Positions 16,493-20,000 of a stretch of 20,000 nt of DNA are shown here, one piece after another (position 1 is the stretch's first letter; each line of letters begins with the position of its first letter). Below the pieces are notes generated by a model. The model worked only from the letters and a program-made list of their open reading frames with translations, was not told the DNA's origin and ran no database searches. This stretch comes from an uncultured virus (IMG/VR IMGVR_UViG_3300020579_000010) (Duplodnaviria; Heunggongvirae; Uroviricota; Caudoviricetes). The stretch lies in IMG/VR virus record IMGVR_UViG_3300020579_000010. One strand, written 5' to 3'. A program made the position numbers and the translations under genes.

Positions 16493-16506
16493 GATGTCAC
16501 CCATCG

Positions 16507-16714
16507 ATGCACCGAGCATGCCACGGATATCTGAGAATATCCAGTATCGAATTCGAGGGGATTCGAACGGGCTGTGAACGCAGGGTCGCACCCACTCGTT
16601 GCCAAAGAGGTACGCCCCGACTCGAGCCCTGGCTCGAGATCGCGTGCAAGTATGCGAAAGGCGCGAGCTCTTAGTTCTAGATATTCTCGGATATCCGTGG
16701 CATGCTCGGTGCAT
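16507..16714. promoter_or_regulatory. Divergent control region bounded by a 35-bp inverted repeat
   Basis: 16507-16541 is the reverse complement of 16680-16714 with one mismatch; each copy contains TGGCATGCT (extended -10-like) and two GATAT boxes. Confidence 0.8.
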
Positions 16715-16726
16715 TACCCGTTACCC

Positions 16727-18040
16727 ATGAACGTCGAGCAGCAGAACCTCTACACGGACACCTCCGGCGCGCCTGCGTCCGAGACCGACATCGAAACGCC
16801 TGCGACGTACAAGGTTCTCCTAGACAAGCGCCAGAGCGTCGAAGCCGCGCTCCTTCAGCTCCAAAAGCGAGCGGTGAAGCGTGGCCTCTCGCCGCTCCTC
16901 TGGAGCTGGGGCAAGGCGTACATCACTTCCCACGAGGAGCGCGATGGGTCGAAGACCAAAATCGCGAGGATCCCTCTCACGTTCGAAGGTTCGGCTTCAT
17001 GCCGCTTCGAAGGTTGGACATTCGTGGCAGCTCTCGAGCACCTCGACGGCGAGAACATCGTTCGCGCGCTCCCTGGAAAGACGCTGCCTCCGGAGTACCG
17101 CACGCGTGGCCCCCAGTGCGATCACTGCAAGCTCGCGCGTCGCCGCGCCGACACCTACGTCGTTCGCCACGAAGATGGGCGCTTGGTTCAGGTTGGCTCG
17201 ACGTGCATCGCCGACTTCCTCGGCTCCAGCGATGCCACCAAGATCGCGGCTTACGCGACGATGCTCGCCTCAGCGCGCGGTCTCGCGGAAGGCGGCGAAT
17301 CCGAAGGCTTTGGCGGTGGCGGCAGCGGCGACGTCGCTCTGTCCCAGTACCTCCCCATCGTTGCTTGGTGTGTTCGAGTCCAGGGCTGGACGTCGCGCAC
17401 GGTCGCACGCGAGCGCGGCTCTTCCGCGACCGCTGACATCGCGCTCCACTTCATGTCGTGCCGTGAGAAGTCTACGTGCAAGATCTGCCGCGAAGCCAAC
17501 TGCAAGCCCACGGATGTCGACATCGCCCTCGCAGAAGCCTCGGAAGTCTGGGCCGAATCTCTCTCGGACGGTGAAGTCAACGCCCAAGCTGGCAGCGACT
17601 ACTTGCATAACCTCCGCGCCGTTGCTCGCACGGGCGTCGTCGGCTTTCGTTCGGCGGGCATCGCGGCAAGCATGGTCACCGCGTATGAGCGTGCCCAAGG
17701 CGTAGCCCGCAAACGTGCAGAGCGCGCTGCGCGTCCGGCGAGCGTTCATGTGGGCACGGTCGGCACGCGCGAGACGTTCTCGAACCTCGCCCTCGACTTC
17801 GTCACCGGCTACGACACGCAGTACGGCTACACCACGGTCTTGAAATTTATCACCGATGCTGGCGCCGTCCTTACGTGGAAGGCGTCGAACACGGACATCG
17901 TTCGCGGTGACGTCGGCAAGCGCTACGACGTCAAGGGCACCGTCAAAAAGCACGACGAGTACAAGGGTCAGAAGCAGACCCTCCTCAGCCGCTGCACCGT
18001 CACCGAGGTCAAGCCTGAGTCGAAGGAGGAGCCGTCATGA
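16727..18040 (+). CDS. Conserved phage protein with CxxC zinc module and C-terminal OB-fold-like domain (437 aa)
   Basis: Motifs GWTFVAALEH, CDHC..RRR..TYVV, QVGSTC..DFLG, HVGTVG.R and KGTVKKHDEYKGQKQTLLSRC; ATG 12 nt after the inverted repeat. Confidence 0.75.
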   Translation: MNVEQQNLYTDTSGAPASETDIETPATYKVLLDKRQSVEAALLQLQKRAVKRGLSPLLWSWGKAYITSHEERDGSKTKIARIPLTFEGSASCRFEGWTFVAALEHLDGENIVRALPGKTLPPEYRTRGPQCDHCKLARRRADTYVVRHEDGRLVQVGSTCIADFLGSSDATKIAAYATMLASARGLAEGGESEGFGGGGSGDVALSQYLPIVAWCVRVQGWTSRTVARERGSSATADIALHFMSCREKSTCKICREANCKPTDVDIALAEASEVWAESLSDGEVNAQAGSDYLHNLRAVARTGVVGFRSAGIAASMVTAYERAQGVARKRAERAARPASVHVGTVGTRETFSNLALDFVTGYDTQYGYTTVLKFITDAGAVLTWKASNTDIVRGDVGKRYDVKGTVKKHDEYKGQKQTLLSRCTVTEVKPESKEEPS

Positions 18041-18279
18041 AGAAGGAGATAATGGAGCAAGAGGCCGCCCCGCGCAAAGACCCGCACGCGCCGAAGCTGA
18101 CGGAAGCGCAGCGCCGGGAGTTAGCACGGTGTGCGGCTCAACACCCTGGCGCGACGTTTCCCATGAACACGATGGTAGCTCTGCGCAAACGTGGACTCGT
18201 GACGCGAGCGTGGATCCTTGACCGCATGCGCTGGATAATCACTGACGCGGGGCGTGCGGCGTTGCAGAGTGCGTCATGA
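18037..18279 (+). CDS. Small winged-helix-like protein, paralog of 18530
   Basis: PKLTEAQR...L...GLV...WIITDAGRAAL; RBS aggagga. Confidence 0.65.
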   Translation: MKKEIMEQEAAPRKDPHAPKLTEAQRRELARCAAQHPGATFPMNTMVALRKRGLVTRAWILDRMRWIITDAGRAALQSAS

Positions 18280-18533
18280 CCGCGCACACCGAGCCGAAGA
18301 AGGGTCCGTTCACTAGGTCGATTGACGGCACCTACGTCGCGCACATCGACGGACGCAAGCTGGAACTGATCGGATGCCGTGCCCGTGGCGGGTGGCGATC
18401 TTGGATCGTCATGCTCGACGATGTTCACAAGGGCTCATATCCTCGGTTCTGGCAAGCGTACAACGCTGCGTTCGAGTATCTTCGCGCGCTCGATACCGAC
18501 GCTGGCCGCGCTGCGCTTCGAGGTGAGTCATGA
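18276..18533 (+). CDS. Small hypothetical protein carrying its neighbours' TDAGRAAL tail
   Basis: ATGA overlaps on both sides; 85 aa. Confidence 0.65.
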   Translation: MTAHTEPKKGPFTRSIDGTYVAHIDGRKLELIGCRARGGWRSWIVMLDDVHKGSYPRFWQAYNAAFEYLRALDTDAGRAALRGES

Positions 18534-18754
18534 CCGCGCCGAAGCTGACGGAGGCGCAGCGCAGCGATCTCTCTCGCTTCATGACCAGCGGCGCGCGTTA
18601 CACGAGCGCAACCGCGGACCTCACCACACTCGAAGAGCTGCTCGCGCTCGGCTTCGTCAAGCGTGTGACCTACGCAGGGCAAACCGCGACGTGGAACCTG
18701 ATCTGGAACATCACCGATCTTGGCCGCGCCGCACTCAAGGAGAAGAGGTCATGA
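18530..18754 (+). CDS. Small winged-helix-like protein, paralog of 18037
   Basis: PKLTEAQR...LLALGFV...WNITDLGRAAL. Confidence 0.7.
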   Translation: MTAPKLTEAQRSDLSRFMTSGARYTSATADLTTLEELLALGFVKRVTYAGQTATWNLIWNITDLGRAALKEKRS

Positions 18755-19188
18755 CGCTCGCTCGCATCAACCGAAAGAGGCTCTATTCGATCTGCGTGGG
18801 CTCGCGTACGACAACGGCGCACTGGCGTGAGTACCTCCACCTCTCGAAGCTCGGGCTCGTCAACATCTTGGACTCTGGCCGCGAGTGGGGCCACATGTTT
18901 GGCGTGTCGAGCCGGGACGTCGAGCCCACTGCAAAGGGGAGAGCTCTCGCCAAGGAACTCATCCTCACCGATCGCGATGCGTGGCAAGTCGCGCAGAAAC
19001 ACGCAGAGCACTTTGCCAGCGGTCAAAACCGATCGACGTGCTGTTGCGGCGAGTGCAACGAGATCCGCAACGTTTGGCGTGACAACGGCTACACCTGGGC
19101 CAAACCCGAGCCCGTCCTGAAAGCAAAGAAAGTATCCAGTCGAATTGAAAGACGAATTCACAGTTGCGCCATCAAGGACGAGTCGTGA
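18751..19188 (+). CDS. Hypothetical protein (145 aa): winged-helix-like N-half and Cys cluster
   Basis: aggagaagaggtc before ATG; LSKLGLV...PTAKGRALA; CCCGEC. Confidence 0.6.
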   Translation: MTLARINRKRLYSICVGSRTTTAHWREYLHLSKLGLVNILDSGREWGHMFGVSSRDVEPTAKGRALAKELILTDRDAWQVAQKHAEHFASGQNRSTCCCGECNEIRNVWRDNGYTWAKPEPVLKAKKVSSRIERRIHSCAIKDES

Positions 19189-19538
19189 CCACACCCAAAC
19201 GCTTGCAGTGCGCGAAGTGCCCGTGGAAGACGAGTACGAACCCCTACGATATTCCCAAGGGCTACAGCGCGAAGCTCCACGCCGCGCTCGCGTCTACGAT
19301 TGCCGAGCCGGGTGCATTCCGCGTCGGCGGATTGTCCATGATGGCGTGCCACGAAACGTCCCCCGGCAAAGAGCTCCCATGCGTGGGCTGGCTGCATCAT
19401 CAGCTCGGTGTCGGCAATAACCTCGGCTTGCGAATGCTCGCTCTGTCGGGGCGCCTGAATATGGATTTCGAAGTCGTGGGAGAGCAGCACGAATGCTTCG
19501 AAGACACATTGCCGAAAAAGCAACGGAGGCGAACGTGA
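19185..19538 (+). CDS. DUF6283-like Cys/His protein (117 aa)
   Basis: CAKCPW...MACH...PCVGWL; GTGA overlap. Confidence 0.6.
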   Translation: MTTPKRLQCAKCPWKTSTNPYDIPKGYSAKLHAALASTIAEPGAFRVGGLSMMACHETSPGKELPCVGWLHHQLGVGNNLGLRMLALSGRLNMDFEVVGEQHECFEDTLPKKQRRRT

Positions 19539-19560
19539 GTTCAAAACAGTCGAAGTCATC

Positions 19561-19686
19561 ATGAACGAAGGACTGGCTATGACGATGTTTCAACATGTGC
19601 TTTGCTATGCCATTGGAAGCCTCATCGGACTCATCATCAATGATCGATGGCTGAAACCGTGGTTGAATCGAAGGTGGCCACAATGA
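19561..19686 (+). CDS. Small membrane peptide (41 aa)
   Basis: Manual translation MNEGLAMTMFQHVLCYAIGSLIGLIINDRWLKPWLNRRWPQ; stop overlaps the next ATG. Confidence 0.45.
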   Translation: MNEGLAMTMFQHVLCYAIGSLIGLIINDRWLKPWLNRRWPQ

Positions 19687-19910
19687 CTGATTCCTTGTTC
19701 GAAGATCTGCGCTGGCGAGACGCCCACCGTCACCATCCAGGGCTCGGACGCGTTGGTGTCTCTCTGGGCGAGGGTCAGCGCATTCTTTTGGCGCTCGCAC
19801 AGACTGTCGCAAACATCGATGGTCTTGCGACGAAGGTTTCCGTGAACCCACGCGCACAGGACCACTTTACCCAAAGCGCCAAGTCATCGAGATCACGGAG
19901 GTCTTTGTGA
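19683..19910 (+). CDS. Small hypothetical protein (75 aa)
   Basis: ATGA and GTGA overlaps; begins MTDSLFEDLRW. Confidence 0.5.
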   Translation: MTDSLFEDLRWRDAHRHHPGLGRVGVSLGEGQRILLALAQTVANIDGLATKVSVNPRAQDHFTQSAKSSRSRRSL

Positions 19911-20000
19911 AGGTTCGAGAGTTGATCAAAGCGCTTCGGAAGTGTGACCCAGAACTTCAAGTCGCCTACCCCATTTCGTTCCACGGTCGCGATGACTACC
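19907..20000 (+). CDS. 5' part of a small phage protein of the MKVxELIxxLxxxDPxxxV family; runs off the window
   Basis: RBS ggaggt before GTG; reads MKVRELIKALRKCDPELQVAYP. Confidence 0.6.
   Translation, partial: MKVRELIKALRKCDPELQVAYPISFHGRDDY

Noticed and set aside
16554..16575. tRNA T-arm fragment or att site (GTTCGAATCCCC on the minus strand)
   Set aside because: The flanks cannot form a T stem and no cloverleaf can be built.
16574..16726. N-terminal extensions of the 488-aa plus-strand ORF and the 159-aa minus-strand ORF
   Set aside because: Both run through the inverted-repeat control region and overlap each other; starts at 16727 and 16492 fit the symmetry better.

Overview
Virus-like (phage or provirus) segment of roughly 55-65% GC, densely packed with genes almost all on the + strand. 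No capsid, terminase, portal or integrase gene was recognised in the window. From left to right: (1) the 3' end of a RadA/Sms-like gene and a Pro/Gln-rich protein; (2) an array of about 12 tiny hypothetical genes with purine-rich junctions (1446-4439); (3) a truncated duplicate of a muramidase-like gene start, followed by two long hairpins, a small membrane protein and the intact membrane-anchored muramidase-like gene (4507-5756); (4) a VRR-NUC nuclease, zinc-finger and membrane proteins; (5) a five-gene fibre/spike operon (8119-15137) whose last gene has 24 x 20-aa repeats and a C-terminal transmembrane (TM) anchor; (6) an ADP-ribosyltransferase-like gene; (7) a ribbon-helix-helix (RHH) regulator transcribed divergently from a Zn/OB-fold gene, both preceded by the same 35-bp element; (8) small paralogous winged-helix-like genes. 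The best leads are the duplication plus structured-RNA module, the 35-bp inverted-repeat switch, the recurring GAAGAGGTC junction motif and the membrane-anchored virion-type proteins. All family calls come from motif recognition by eye, not from database searches.
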